The notes under the pieces are model-generated. The model saw only the letters and a program-made list of their open reading frames with translations, did no database searches and was not told the DNA's origin. Below, in pieces: positions 13,037 to 27,400 of a stretch of 64,000 bases of DNA. Source of the stretch: Basidiobolus meristosporus CBS 931.73 (taxonomy: Eukaryota > Fungi > Basidiobolomycota); assembly GCA_002104905.1 (NCBI GenBank), contig MCFE01000090.1, positions 62,001 to 126,000 of the forward strand, given 5' to 3'. Position 1 is the first letter of the stretch, and every line of letters begins with the position of its first letter. The position numbers were made by a program, and so were the translations under genes.

Positions 13037-16000
13037 TGTTACATGTCTTGGTTCAAGAGGTGTAGAGGAATAGGGAGTTTAGCTGGTAATGTATTCACTA
13101 AAACTTGATCTGATTGTAGTTGAGGTTCCAGCAGCTCCTTATGTACATTTTGCCAGATAAATTGCTGACTAATTGTTTTTCATTATGTAGGCTGTGACTG
13201 ATGACTCATTTGATTGCATCATCATGACCCAATAAGATCCTACTTAATATATCTATTTTTGTCTAATAATGGTCTGCTGATTCATTTGCTGACTAATGCT
13301 ACTGATTTGATAGATAATACCGATACACTTATAAGCTAAGCATATAACTAATTGATTTGACAAAAAACTGATCTAAATTAAACAATCAAGTGGCAGATCA
13401 TAACATTCTCCCCTTCTAAAGTTGAATGGGCACTCCTGAATCTCTTTTCTTGTAATACTAATCTCTTGATGGTTCAGTATTATCAGCAAGTCTTGCAAGC
13501 TTATGTCTGTCCCTATGAACTAAGTCTTCCCAGATATTGCCTTGTTTGTCCACCAGTTGGTAAGTTGCAAATGGACAATCTCTGATGATCTTGAATGGTC
13601 CTGTTGATTGTGGCTCAAGCTTCTTCTGAGTGTTGTTTCTTAGCAATATAAAGCTCCCACTGTCAATGCTTCTGGTACTATACTCTTATCAAATATCTGC
13701 TTTATCTTTTCTGCATTTTGAGATTCTTTGGATTTTGCCTCTTGACGTCTTTGTTCTAGTTCCTGCTGTCCACTTGGCCAACTGAGTTCATCTTTTAAGC
13801 TGTCTGTAAGCTTTGGTTGTGGGAGATCTGCTAGAATCCTTGGTCCTCATCCATACATTTAGTAAAATGGCAATTGTTGGGTGGAGTTGTGTACTCTCAC
13901 TCTGCATGCAAAGAGTGCTTGGTCTATATACTCATCCCATCTACTGACAACTCCATTTGCATACTGGGCCAGCATTTTTCCAAATAATCCATTAAACCAC
14001 TCAGTGACTACATTAGTTCTGGGGTGATATGCAAAGGTTTTCTAGTGTAATCTGCTGAATTTCCAGTTAAACTTCCAATGTCTTTGCGGTAAAGTTTGCA
14101 CCTATATCAGATGGAATCTTTACAGGGCATTCAAATTTCATAAGGATCTCATGATAGATAATACTTGGAGCTATTTTTTCACTGGCTGTAGGTACAGCTT
14201 TAGCCACTGGCCATTTAGTGGCATGGTCAATTGCTACTAGGATCCAACAATTGCATTCCCTGGTAGTTAACAGTGTTTCAACAAAGTCAATTCCCCATCT
14301 TTCAAATGATTTACAGGATCCAGGGGAAAGAGTCCAGCAATTCTCTGTGGCTGGCCTTGGTTGATTTGGCAATTTGGGCATGTCTTCACTAGTTTCTCAA
14401 TGTCATGTCTCACTCTGGGCCTCCATGCTCTGGCTTTCACAAGGCTATAAGTTCCTTCAATTCCAGGTTGTCCATATCCATTGTGTAGCTTATGTAATGT
14501 ATCCAGGCAAGCAACATCAGGGCAATAGGCAACAGGGCTTCCATCCACAATTTGGTGGAGTGTTTCATCCTGTACCACAAATTTGCTGGCTTCATCCCAG
14601 ATTATCTTCTTGATATCTTCATCCACCTCATAATGAATGGCTTGGTCTTCCAAGTACTTTGATAATAGGCTAGGCCAATCTGATTCATGAACCAAGTTGA
14701 GTTGTGCAACTTGTTCCAAGCTTGATAAGGCATCAGCAACCATGTTGTTTTTACTAGGGCAGTAAACAATCTCCAAATCAAATTGCTGAATGTATTCACT
14801 CCATCTTGTCATTCCTCTAGTGAGTACCTTCTGCGTAAATATATACTTGAGGGAGGCATGATCAGTCTTCACAGTGCATTTGACTCCTTCAAAGTAGCAT
14901 CTCCATGTCTTCAATCAGTGAATAATAGCAAGCATCTCCTTTCATGCACAGGATAGTTTTGTTGTGCTGAGTTCAGTTACTTTAATTCAAAGGCAACTGG
15001 GTAGTCCTTTCTCTGTGTTCTTGGCTCAACACTCCACCAAATACATAATCTGAATCATTGGTGCACCAAGTAAACTATTTCTGGAAGTCAGGTATTCCTA
15101 AGCTTGGTAGCTTAGCAAGTTCATTCTTTAGTGTCTGCAAGGCAGTCTCACAAGCTATGTCCCACTTGTAGGTATTGTCTTTCTTGAGGATATCAGTTAA
15201 AGGGGCTGCAATACTTGCAAAAAGACTTGACAAATCTCCAATAATAGGAAACCATTCCAAGGAATGATCTGAGCTCTGATATGCTATGGGGCTGCTTCAG
15301 ATTCTTGATAACTTTAACCTTCTCAGGGTCTAAGGTCAGTCCTGTATTAGTCACTACGTGTCCTAGATATTCAACATGTTCCTTGAAGAATTCACACTTG
15401 GGTAGCTTGCCATATAGTTTGTTCTCTCTTAGCTTCTTCAAGACCTTTTCAATGTGCACCAAGTGATCCTCTTATGTCTTGCTGTACATCAATATTTCAT
15501 CTGGGTAGAATATCACAAACTTGTCTAAGTACGCCTGGAAGACAGTTTGCATTGGGGTCATGAATGTTGCAGGGGCATTGGTGAGGCCAAAACTCATGAC
15601 CAAGCACTTGTAATGTCTATATCTGGTGCTGAATGCTGTCTTAGGGATGTCTTCTGGCTTCACCCTAATCTGGTTGTATCCTGACATGAGGTCAATCTTG
15701 CTGAAAATAGTGGCTCCATTGAGTTGGATCAAATGCTCATCAATACAAGGAGTGGCATACTTATTCCTCATGGTAACTGAGTTGATGGCTCTGTAGTCAA
15801 TGCACAACCCAAGTGTTCCATCCTTCTTCTTCACAAAAGTACTGGTGCTCCCCAAGGCAACTTGCTGGGTCTAATATATCCTTGCTGCAATAAATGATCT
15901 ATTTGTCTCTTCATCTCTTCCAACTCCAATAGACTCATTTGGTAAGGTGTCTCACTCACTGGAGGGCTATCTCCTGTGTAAATGGCATGATCCACATCTC

Positions 16001-17915
16001 TGACTGGTGGTAGGTTGACAAGCTCATCTGGAAATCTGTCTGTATATTCATTTAAAGAGTCTGGACCTTGTGGGGTACTGCAGTAGAGGAATCCTCCTGC
16101 AATACTGCCATGAGGAACATCAGAGTGCCTTTTCTTTGTGCTCTACAAAACTGTGTCTTGCCAAGTTCACTTGTTTCACACACACCGGAATTGACCAAGT
16201 TGAAATCCAGAGTAGCAGGTAATAGCTCATAGGTCTTGTTGTCCTTCTGGATCTGAGTAGCATGGGTTCTCCAGTTGATTGATGGATTACAACAAAATAG
16301 CAAGGCTTTCCCAAGTACAAGGTCAAACTTGCAGTTCCCAAATATATAGGCCTGTAGATCTTCATCCTTATTGGCCAAGTAACATGGTTGATTATATGTG
16401 AGTTCCTATCAGCTGTTGAGACTGAAGTTGATTTGGTGGGTTCCTAGTTGATTCTAGCTTTCAAAGCAAATTGCTCTGACATGTACTCTTGCAATGCTCC
16501 TGAGTCAATCATGATCTTGGCAGGCACTCAACAGATGACTCGATTCAAGTATAATAGCTTTCCAGAGTTTGAGGTTATCTGGGATAGGTATTCTTCTGTC
16601 ATATGGAAAGTGAGTTTTGAGTCTTCTTCAAGTCCATCTTCCATTTTAATTTGCTCCAGGGCCTCAATAGAGTTGAAGGTTCTTGATGGCTGGTGTCTGT
16701 TTCTTCTTTGAGGGCAGTACTTTGCAATATATCCCTGCTGGTTGCAACGGAAGCAAAGTCCTTTCTTCTTACATTCTTCTGAGGTAGGATTCTTCTACAT
16801 AGTGTCTATTTCCATTGGCACTGCTTCTGATTGCTTTCTTTCAATGTGGTTGTAGCCTCTCTGATTAGTCATTGTGGGCTTCCCTACTTCAAGCATAGCT
16901 GAGTCACAGTCAGTGACAATCTTGATGGCTTCTTCAATATTCTGAGGTCTTCAATAATTCACTTCTTTACAAGTTCTTTCTTTCAACCCTTCAATCAAGT
17001 ATTTAACTTGATCCAGAGGGTCCATTCTTTCAATTTGCCTAAGAAGACATTTATATTCAAGAAGGACTCTTGGATCATTCCTTTCTGTCTGAGTGTCTTT
17101 GACTTTCTTCTTGGTAGTGTCTCTTGGTGTGGGGTTCAAAGGCATCCTGAATTTTGGACACAAACCCATCCCAGGTAGAGATTGTAGAGCATCCCATCAT
17201 GATAACTGACCTGAACTTGTTGTGGTACCACTGTAAAGCTGCATCTGCCTGGTCAGAGGCTGCATAATGAAACTTGCTTTCTCAAGCAATTCCCCTAGTC
17301 TTGAAAGCTTCTTCAATTTGGAAGAGCCAAGTTCCCAGGTTTCATTGACTCCACCATGGTACCAGTTGACTTCCACACTAATGTTGCTCTTGACAGGGTT
17401 TTGCTGGCTTTGGGCCATGGTGGTCACTCCTTGTTGCTGATGGGCCAGGATTTGTTGCATGCATTCTTCCATTCTTGGTTATTGGACATCTTGAGGGGGG
17501 CTTCTTCTTCCTTCAGGAGGGATGTTTCTGGTTATTGCTGCTACCAATGTTACAAGTCTTGGTATAAGAGTTGTAGAGGAATAGGGAGTATAGCTAGTAT
17601 TGTATTCACTAAAACTTGAGCTGATTGTCATTGAGGTTCCAGCAGCTCCTTATGTACATTTTGTCAGATCAATTGCTGACTAATTGTTTTTCATAATGTA
17701 GGCTGTGGCTGATGACTCATTTGATTGCATCATCATCACCCAATAAGATCCTACTTAATATATATATTTTTCTCTGATAATGGTCTGCTTATTCATTTGC
17801 TGACTAATGCTACTGATTTGATAGATAACACTGGTACACTGATAAGCTAGACATACAACTAATTGATTTGACTAAAAACTGATCCACTTAAACATTTCAA
17901 CGGCAGATCATAACA
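13037..17915 (-). mobile_element. Ty3/gypsy element A (full-length, decayed, compact 4.9-kb family)
   Basis: LTRs at 13037-13405 and 17548-17915 (TGTTA...TAACA). PBS TGGTAGCAGC next to the 5' LTR and PPT GAAGGGGAGAA next to the 3' LTR. RT, RNase H and IN fragments are in track ORFs 14267-14914, 15193-15855 and 16052-16378. No matching TSD. Confidence 0.95.
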
Positions 17916-18600
17916 TATTGTTGTATTGGCTATTGCTCCTGCTATGATAATATTCAAATAACTCTGGGCTAACAGTTTTAATTGCAGAGAACTGCAACGT
18001 TGTATCATGATAAGCTGTTGCTGGCTTAGAAGGGCTCTTCCCTCTGCCTTTACATTTTTTGCTGCCAAGTGTTTTGCTGTTTCCTTAGATGAATGACTTC
18101 TAAATTGTACCACATGTATTTTTGATGAATACTACACCAAGCCATTGACTTTTGCCTGCTTGTACCTTACAGTATTCTTTCAGCTAACTGATGCTTCTTT
18201 GCTGCCTGTTTGGAGCTTCCTGCCCTGTTTGTGATCAGTTCCTAAGAAAGATGCAGGTTTCCAGGCACCTTGTTCTTGTTGCTTTGTAAGCTTCACCATT
18301 GTTGAGATCCTTTCTTAGTGTAATAATGCTGGGCAAGAATATTTGAATGTGAGCCTGAGGAATCTTCAATTTACTGTCAGTGGGCATACTGTCAAAATGG
18401 CATTTTGTTGATGTAGCCAGGCTTGTTGCACTGAGGGTGAAAGCATGCTGTTGTTTAACCTTACTTCTGGTGTGGTCAGCTGTGTGATTTTGCTTCAAAG
18501 TATACAGCTTTGCTTTGTTCTTTGGTAGCAGATATATGGAAGTAAGTCAAACCATATACAAAATAGTTTTATATAAATTTGTCTAGGTGGTACCATAAGC
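17916..18600 (-). repeat. Family R fragment, inverted relative to 8160-13036
   Basis: 18380-18560 reads DVARLVALRVKACCC, matching DVARLVALNVKASCC at 8515-8718 on the opposite strand. The ...GGAAGTAAGTCAAACC motif is shared. Confidence 0.65.
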
Positions 18601-18949
18601 GTATTTAAATTGCTTCTAACTATAAAATCAAATTAGAACTCTTATGAAGCATTATTTGTTAATCTTGAAACTTTTACAGATTGCTCTGTTTACTGTGAAA
18701 CTCTCCTGATATAGCATCACTGCTGTGCTACTACTACAAGAGTATAAATATTTAGCTTCTTTATGACTAAACAACGGTTCAGCCAATATCACCATTTTTT
18801 GATATGCACTGCATATGTAAAGCACTTCTTGAATTGCAACAGAGTATGAGCCCAATTGCATTAATCTAATCTAAAAATAACAACCACCAGCAAACAGAAC
18901 AGTACAAGCACGTTCCCTGTAAAGGAGAGGTTTAATGGAAAAAGCTACT

Positions 18950-21010
18950 GACTTTAAAGAATCAAGATGCAGATTCACCGTAAGGAAAGTAGGCTTTGGA
19001 ATTCAATAGCAGCAGAGGAATCTTAGTGCAAGTAACTAAAGTAATGAGTCATATGTTGACTCTGGAGCATTGCTGTATATTTGCATTATGATTGAGTGGT
19101 TTGGCAACTTGAACACTGTTTGTGCTCAGAAGATTTATCTGGGACACAACTCTCCACTGATGGCAACTGTAAGTGGATCCATACAGCTAATTATTATTGA
19201 TATCTCCAGGATAACAACAGCAAAACTGCCTGATATACTCTATATGCTTTGAGTGGCTAGGAACATGCTCTCAGTTAGTACAGCAACTACTCAAGGACTG
19301 CAGTCTGCTTTTACTAGCTGAGCTGCACAATATTGGGTGAAACTGGACAAGCTTAGCTTTAGGAATCAGTGATCACAATATAGAAGCTGTAATGCAAAAT
19401 CATCTAACTTGAGTATGTTGCTAAAACCAATGAAACTAACTTGTAGACATGACATACAAGGCTAGGACACAACCACAAACTCTAAGTGAGCTTTTGGTAA
19501 AAGATATACTTGTTTTAGGCCTAAATTTCTCAATTGAAATCAAATTGAGTGTCTGTAAGGGATGTTCATATGGCATACAAGCTTGCTACAGTTGTCAAAG
19601 CTCAGGAGACATTAATACCTCCAAAATACTGGCTATTGTGCACTTGGACATATGTGGGCCCATGAGAACATTGTCATTTGGATCCTAGAGATATATCATG
19701 AGGTTCATAGATGACAAGACAATATAGACATGGGTGTACTTCCTTTACTAAAAGGATGAGACTTTAGATACATTTAACAAATTCAAGAATATGGCATAAA
19801 GACTAGCTAGGTGCAAATGAGCAGTACTTCCAGTGACATTGGAGAGGAATATTCCTCAAAGAAGTTTGCATAGTACTGCTCACCTGCTGGTATAGTCCCA
19901 CTGACCACTGTTCTACATGCTCCACAGCAAAATGGAGTAGCAGGAAGTGCGTATAGAGCACTAGTAGCAATAGGAAGATCTATGTAACACCAGAGGACAA
20001 TGGCCTACAAGCAATGAGTTGAATCTGTTGCTACTGTAGTATAACTTTGAAACTGAAGCTTAGGTGCAGCACCACATAGTTTTGCACTCTTTGAAGCATA
20101 TAAGGCAAAAAATCAAGCCTTCAGCACCTCATGATCTTTGGCAGTGATACTTTATTCACATTGTGGACAAAAATGTGTAAAGTTGGAACCAAAAAGTGAG
20201 AAAAGAATCATTCTTGGCCATTATAAGGATACTCAAGGGTATGGAGTGTGTGAGAACAAGTTCAGAAGCTGATGAAAAGCCGTGTTGATGTATATGTGGA
20301 GAAATCCAATCAGAAAGCCACTGAGATCATTGACCAGTTACCCTAGGATTCAATCACTACTAATGAAGAAGATATGTGCCTGATCCTGCCAGATATGTAA
20401 AAACCTTTACTAGTTCCAGATCACAACAGATTAGACCGGTTGGGAGATCTATCAAAATCAGAATTATGGCCGGATCATGGTTGCAGACATCCAACATCTA
20501 TGAAGAGGCTTATCATCCCTTGTGTGCAAAACCTCTGAGTATGGAACTAGCAGTGCAAAGTTCAGATGCTACTAAGTGGCCACAGGCCATGCTGGAAGAG
20601 TGTCAAACATTGATCAGGGCAAAATCATGGAAACTAGTAGACTCACAAATTGGACAAAAGTAAATAGCCTGTAGATGCATCTAGAAGATCAAGATAGCCT
20701 CAAAGGGTACTGCTGATGGATACAGAGCTAAATTGGTGGCTAATGGCTATTACCAGATCCACAGACTAGACTGAAACAAAAATTTCATGCCAGTATCAAA
20801 TTTAACATCTGTTGAACAGTTCTAGCCCTGGCAGCTGTACGCAATCTAGATCCACACCAAATGAATGTCAAAACAGCCTTTCCACTTGGAGATCTGCCAG
20901 AAACTGCATATAGTAGTAGCCTAATGGTTTACCTATCAAAAGAGCTCTGATAAGGTGTGCAGACCTTGGAGAATATTGTTGAGACTTAACCAGGCATCTA
21001 TAGCATAGTA
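18950..21010 (+). mobile_element. Highly decayed Ty1/copia relic (PR, IN, start of RT)
   Basis: YVDSGA near 19050. CKGCSYG...VHLDICGPM (19449-19688). PQQNGVA near 19920. WKLV and AKLVANGY-like RT start at 20620-20750. Confidence 0.75.
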
Positions 21011-21014
21011 TAAC

Positions 21015-21409
21015 TATTATAATCCACTGCTTAAATATCTGAGGTAGATCAGTTTTTAGTCAGTTCAACTAGTTTTATGTTGAGCCTGTGAGTATATCAG
21101 TGTTATCTGTCATATCACCAGTGCTAGTCAGCAGTCAAATCAGCAGATTCTTGTAAGACAGAAAGGGATATATCAAGTAAGAACTGATTGGGTGATCATG
21201 ATGCAATCAAGTGAGTCCAACTCTGCCACTTTCTTTCAGATCTTTCACCTTATAATTTTACTTTATAGTCAAGATCAAATTAGCACTGTTATCAGACATT
21301 ATATACTAACTCTGAAACTGTTGCATATTGCTCCTGAATGTTGAGAAACTCTGAATACAAGTGCTGGAGTTGTATTTCTTCTAAAAGGTATCAATACTTA
21401 GATCTTTCA
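21015..21409 (+). repeat. Diverged LTR related to the gypsy A/B/C family
   Basis: Aligns by eye with LTR 22505-22874 (e.g. TAGATCAGTTTTTAGTCA...TTAGTCAGCAG...GGGTGATCATGATGCAATCAA). The termini are eroded and there is no TSD. Confidence 0.55.
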
Positions 21410-22500
21410 TGAATAAGCAATACTTCACCTGTTATCCTTAGTTCCTGATAAGTACCTTTATCCAAAGTACTGCGTAAATTGAAACAGCTAAGTCCCAATA
21501 TGCAAAAACACATTAGCAGTAAAAAAAGCCAAGGAGACTTGGTGAAGCCAAATGAGCCTGGTAATTCATACACTGATGAATGATGCAAAGTAGTGGCTGG
21601 AGAAGTGGTGTACATCCACTAATATCAGAGATAGGGGCTTTGGGAGTTTTCTACCTCTTGCCAAAATCTTTCAGGGATGCAACTTACCATGTACCCTGTA
21701 TAAATGGAAAACTGTCATGCAGCTGGCAACATGTAGCCCAGAAACCATCCTGATACTAACAACTGAATGGCACTCATATCGGAAATTGCTACAGTGCTCA
21801 ACTTATCAGGAATGCACTGCCACAAGAGGAAAACACTGTTCACATTTGGAATTATTCCTGTAACACCCTGTTTAAAGAAGCTCATTCAGTCTGTCAAACA
21901 CTGTGAAGTTATAAGAAGCTAAGACCAATGCCTTTGCCTTGGCACTTAATGGATGCTCATTAAGCAAGTACCCAATCAGACACTCCTACTGCCTTCTGTT
22001 TTTCATTAACCTGGATGCTGTATGCATTTTGTATGCCATCCAGCAGGTTACTAGTAACTGTCTTCAGTGCTTAAGCACATTTTTTATTGGCATTGGAGAT
22101 AGCCAAACATCATCAGGATAGCTGACTTCTCTGAGCACAGTGGATGTTGTTAGTGTCAAGTGTATGAAATTTAGAGGACTTACTCCAAAGATCATGCATA
22201 TTATTATCATCCATGCACCAGTACCAAGAACATTATCTTCCTACAGAGATATTATACAGAAGTAAATATGCAATTAAAGCAAGTCTAGCAAGCTGTAAGC
22301 AACTGGCCAGGATAACAAACTAGTTGAAAGCCAGAAATACTAATGATGGAGACAATCTGTTTGAGCAAAAGCTTTCCACCAGAAGCAATATACTTATTCA
22401 TCAGCAACACTCCTTTATCAATGACAAAGTTGTACATGGTGCATTTAAAGTTAAATGAACACTTTGAGATACTGAAAATCACTAAAGAATTGGCAAGATG
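21410..22500 (+). pseudogene. CACTA/EnSpm transposase relic, copy 2
   Basis: WLEKW.TSTNI, YKWKTVMQLA and ALALNGCSLSKY...FFINLD match copy 1 (WLEKWHISTNI, YKWTTIMQLA, ALALDGLSLNKY...IFINLK). Cut by gypsy B at 22505. Confidence 0.7.
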
Positions 22501-24476
22501 CCATTGTTATGATCTACTGCTTGAATGTTTAAGTTAGATCAGCTTTGAGTCAAATCAATTAGTTATATGTTTAGCCTATCAGTATATAGTTATATCTATC
22601 AAATCAATAGCATTAGTCAGCAGATAAATCACCAGATCCTTTTCCAACGGGAATAGATATATCAAGTAGGATCTTATTGGGTGATGATAATGATGCAATC
22701 AAATGAGTTATCAGCCACAACCTACATTAGTAAATACAATTAGTCAGCAATTAATCTTGCAAAATGTATATAAGGAGCTGCTGGAGACTCAATAAAATCA
22801 GTTTAAGTCTTAGTGAGTACAATACTAGCTAAACTCCCTATTCCTCTACAACTCTTATACTAAGACTTGTAACATTTGTAGCAGCAATAACTAGAAACCT
22901 ACCTCCTAAAGACAGAAGAAGCCTCCCTTAAGATGTCCAAAAATCAAGAATGGAAGAAAGCTATGCAGCAATTCCTGGCCCAACAGCAACAGTTACTCCA
23001 CATCCTTAGCCAGAAACAACAAGAAATGACTTTCATGGCCTAAAGACAGCAAAATCCTGTCAAGAGCAACCTTAGAGTGAAGGTCAACCTGTACCATAGT
23101 AGAGTGAATGAAAATTTGGGATCTTGGCTCTTCCATCTTGAAGAAGCTTTAAAGGCTGAGTGAATTGCTCCAGAGAGCAAGTTACATTTTGCAGCCTCTT
23201 ACCTGGCAGATGCAGCTTTACAGTGATACCACAGCAAGATCAGGTCAGCCACCATGATGGGTTGCTCTTCAATCTCTACCTGGGATGAATTTGTGTTGGA
23301 AATTCAGGATGCTTTTGAATCTCCACACCGGCAGCCACTACTAACAAGAACATTGAAGACATTTATAGAGAATGGAATGGTTCAAGAGTACATCCATGAA
23401 TATAGATTTCTACTTCAACAAATCAAAAGAATGGACCCCCTGGATCAAGTAGATTACTTTACTGATTGATTGAAAGAAAGAACCTATGAGGATGTGAATT
23501 ATTGAAGACCTCAGAGTAGTGAGTAAGTCATCAAGACTGCCATTGACTATGACTCAGCTATGTTTGGAGTTGGTAAGCCCACACTGATTAATCAGCAAGG
23601 CTACACTCATTATGAAAGAAGATAATCAGAAGCAATGCCAATGGAAATGGATGCTATGCAGAAGAATTCTACCTCAGAAGAATGTAAGAAGAAAGGATTT
23701 TGCTTCAAATGCCACCAGCAAGGACATTTTGCAAGGTACTACCTTGAGAGAAGAAATGGACACCAGCCATCATGAACGTTCAACCATATTGAAACCTTTG
23801 AGATCAGTCACAAAGAGGATGAACCAGAAGAAGACTCAGTACTCACCTTCCATATGACAGAAGAATACTTATCCCAGATGACATCAAACTCAGGAAAGCA
23901 ATTATATTTGAATGGAGTAATTGATGGAGTATCTGTCAATATTTTGATTGACTCAGGAGCATCACATGAGTACATGTCAGAGCAATTTGCTTTGAAAGCT
24001 GGAATCAACTTAGAACCCACTAAATCAACTTCAGTCTCAACAGCTGATGGGAACTCACATATAATCAACCGTATTACTCAGCCAGTAAGGAAGAAGATTA
24101 ATGACTATGAAGAAGTGTTACAAGTCTTGGTATAAGAGTTGTAGAGGAATAGGGAGTTTAGCTAGTATTGTATTCACTAAAACTTGAACTGATTTTTATT
24201 GAGGTTCCAGCAGCTCCTTATATACATTTTGTCAGATCAATTGCTGACTAATTGTATTTCCTAATGTAGGTTGTGGCTGATGACTCATTTGATTGCATTG
24301 TCATCACCCAATAGGATCCTACTTAATATATCTATTTCTGTCTGATAAGGATCTGCTGATTCATTTGCTGACTAATGCTACTGATTTCATAGATAATACT
24401 GATATACTGATAACTTAAACATATACTAATTGATTTGACTAAAACACTGATCTAACTTAAACATTCAAGCGGCAGA

Positions 24477-27400
24477 TCATAAAATTCTCCCCTGTTGAAG
24501 TTGAGAGGGTTCTCTTGAATCTCTTTTCTTGTGATACCAATATATTAATGGTTCAGTATTATCAGCAAGTCTTGCAAGTTTGAGTCTGTCCCTATGCACT
24601 AAGTCTTCCCAGATATTGCCTTGTTTGTCCACCAGTTGGTAAGTTGCAAATGGACATTCTCTGATGATCTTGAATGGTCCTGTCCATTGTGGCTCAAACT
24701 TCTTCCAAGTGTTGTTTCTTAGCAATACAAAGTTCCCAACTGTCAATGCTTCTGGTGCTATAGTCTTATCAAATCTCTGCTTCATCTGTTCTGCACTTTG
24801 AGATACTTTGGTCTGTGCCTCTTGACGTCTCTGTTCCAGTTGCTGGTGTCTAATTGGCTGACTGAGTTCATCTTCTAAGGTGTCTGTAAGTTTTGGTTGT
24901 GTGAGATCTCCTGGAATTCTTGGTTCACATCCATAAACTAAGTAAAATGGTGATTGCTGGGTGGTGTTGTGTACTTTGACTCTGCATGCAAAGAGTGCTT
25001 GGTCTATATACGCATCCCATCTACTGACAACTCCATTTGCATACTTGGTCAGCATTTTTCCAAATAATCCATTAAATTGCTCAGTGACTCCATTAGTTCT
25101 GGGATGATATGCCAAGGTTTTCAAGTGTCTGATCTGCTGCATTTCCAGGTAAGCGTCTAATGTCTTTGCCATAAAGTTTGCACCTCTATCAGATAAAATC
25201 TCCACAGGGCATCCCAACTTCATCAGGATCTCATGGTAAATGAAACTTGCAACTTCTTGTTCACTGGCTATTGGTACAGCTTTAGCAACTGGCCATTTAG
25301 TGGCATGGTCAATTGCTACCAGGATCCAATGGTTGCATTTCCTGGTTGTTGGCAGTCTTCCAATAAAGTCAATTTGCCATCTCTCAAATGGTCTTACAGG
25401 CTCCAAAGGGAAGAGTTTGGCAGTTCTTTGTGGCTGGCCTTGATTGATTTGGCAGTTTGGGCATGTTTTCACTAGCTTCTCAACATCTTGTTTCATTCTG
25501 GGCCCCCATGCTCTGGCTTTCACAAGGCTATAGGTTCCTTCAATCCCAAGATGTCCATATCCATTGTGTAGCTTATGTATTAAATCCAGGCAAGCAACAT
25601 AAGGACAATAGGCAACAGGGCTTCCATCAACAATTTGGTAGAGTGTCTCATCCTGTACAACAAATTTGCTGGCTTCATCACGGATTATCTTCTTGGTATC
25701 TTCATCCACTTCATTAGGAATGGCTTGGTCCTCCAAGTACTTTGGTAATAGGCTAGGCCAATCTGATTCATGCACCAAGTTGAGTTGTGCAACTTGATCT
25801 AATCTTGATAAGGCATCAGCCACCGTGTTGTTTTTTCCAGGGCAGTAGACAATCTCCAGGTCAAATTGCTGAATGTATTCACTCCATCTTGTCATTCTTC
25901 TAGAGAGAACCTTCTGAGTAAATATATACTTGAGGGAGGCATGATCAGTCTTCACAGTGCATTTGACTCCTTCAATATAGCATCTCCATGTCTTCAAACA
26001 GTGTATTATAGCAAGCATCTCCTTCTCATGGACTGGATAGTTTTGTTCTGCTGAGTTCAGTTTCTTGAATTCAAAGGCAACAGGGTAGTCCTTTCCCTCT
26101 TGTTCTTGGCTCAGCACTCCACCAATTGCATAATCTGAAGCATCTGTGCACAGAGTGAACTCTTTTCTGAAGTCTGGTATTCTTAAGCTTGGCAGCTTAG
26201 CAAGCTCATTCTTGAGCATCTAGAAGGCAGTCTCACAAGCTATGTCCCACTTGTAGGCATTGTCTTTCATGAGGATATCAGTTAAAGGGGCTGCAATACT
26301 TGCAAAAGACTTGACAAATCTCCAATAATAGGAAACCATTCCAAGGAATGATCTGAGTTCTGATATGCTATGGGGCTGCTTCAAATTTTTGATTACTTCC
26401 ACCTTCTTGGGGTCTAAGGTTACTCCTGTGCTAGTCACTATGTGTCCCAGATATTCTACATGTTCCTTGAAGAATTCACACTTGGGTAGCTTGCCATAAA
26501 GCTTGTTCTCTCTTAGCTTCTCCAAGACCTTTTCAAAGTGCACCAAGTGATCCTCTTCTGTCTTGCGGTATATCAGTATATCATCTAGGTAGATTATGAC
26601 ATACTTGTTTAAGTACTCCTGGAAGACAGTCTGCATCAGGGTCATGAAAGTTGCAGGGGCATTGGTGAGGCCAAAACTCATGACTAAGTACTTGTAATGT
26701 CCATATCTGGTCCTGAATGCTGTCTTAGGGATGTCTTCTGGCTTCACCCTAATCTGGTTGTATCCTGACATGAGGTCAATCTTGCTGAAAATAGTGGCTC
26801 CATTAAGTTGGTCCAAAAGCTCATCAATTTGAGGTATGGGGTACTTATTCTTGACGGTAACTGAGTTCAGGGCTCTGTAGTCAATGCACATCCTAAGTGT
26901 TCCATCCTTCTTTTTCACAAAAAGCACTGGTGCTCCCCAGGGTGACTTGCTGGGTCTGATGTATCCTTGCTCCAATAGCTGATCAATTTGTCTCTTCATT
27001 TCCTCCAATTCCAATGGACTCATTCTGTAAGGTGTCTTGCACACTGGAGGGCTATCTCCTGTGTCAATGGCATGATCCACCTCTCTGACTGGTGGTAGGC
27101 TTACAAGCTCATCTGGAAACACGTCCAAATATTTATTCAAGAGAGTCTGGACCTGCTGGGGTGCTGGGGTAGCGGAATCCTCCTGTAATACAGCCATGAG
27201 GAACATCTGGGTACCTTCTCTAAGTGCTCTACAGAACTGGGTCTTGCTAAGTTCACTTGTCTCACAAATACTGGAATTGACCAAGTTAAAATCCAGCCTG
27301 GCAGGTAATAGCTCATAGGTCTTGTTGTCTTTTTGGATCTGAGTAGCATGGGTTCTCCAGTTGATTGATGGATTATGATAAAATAGCCAGGTTTTTCCAA

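Noticed and set aside
6860-22500. CACTA terminal inverted repeats delimiting a complete element
   Set aside because: I could not find paired CACTA/CACTG termini with a 3-bp TSD, so element boundaries are unresolved.
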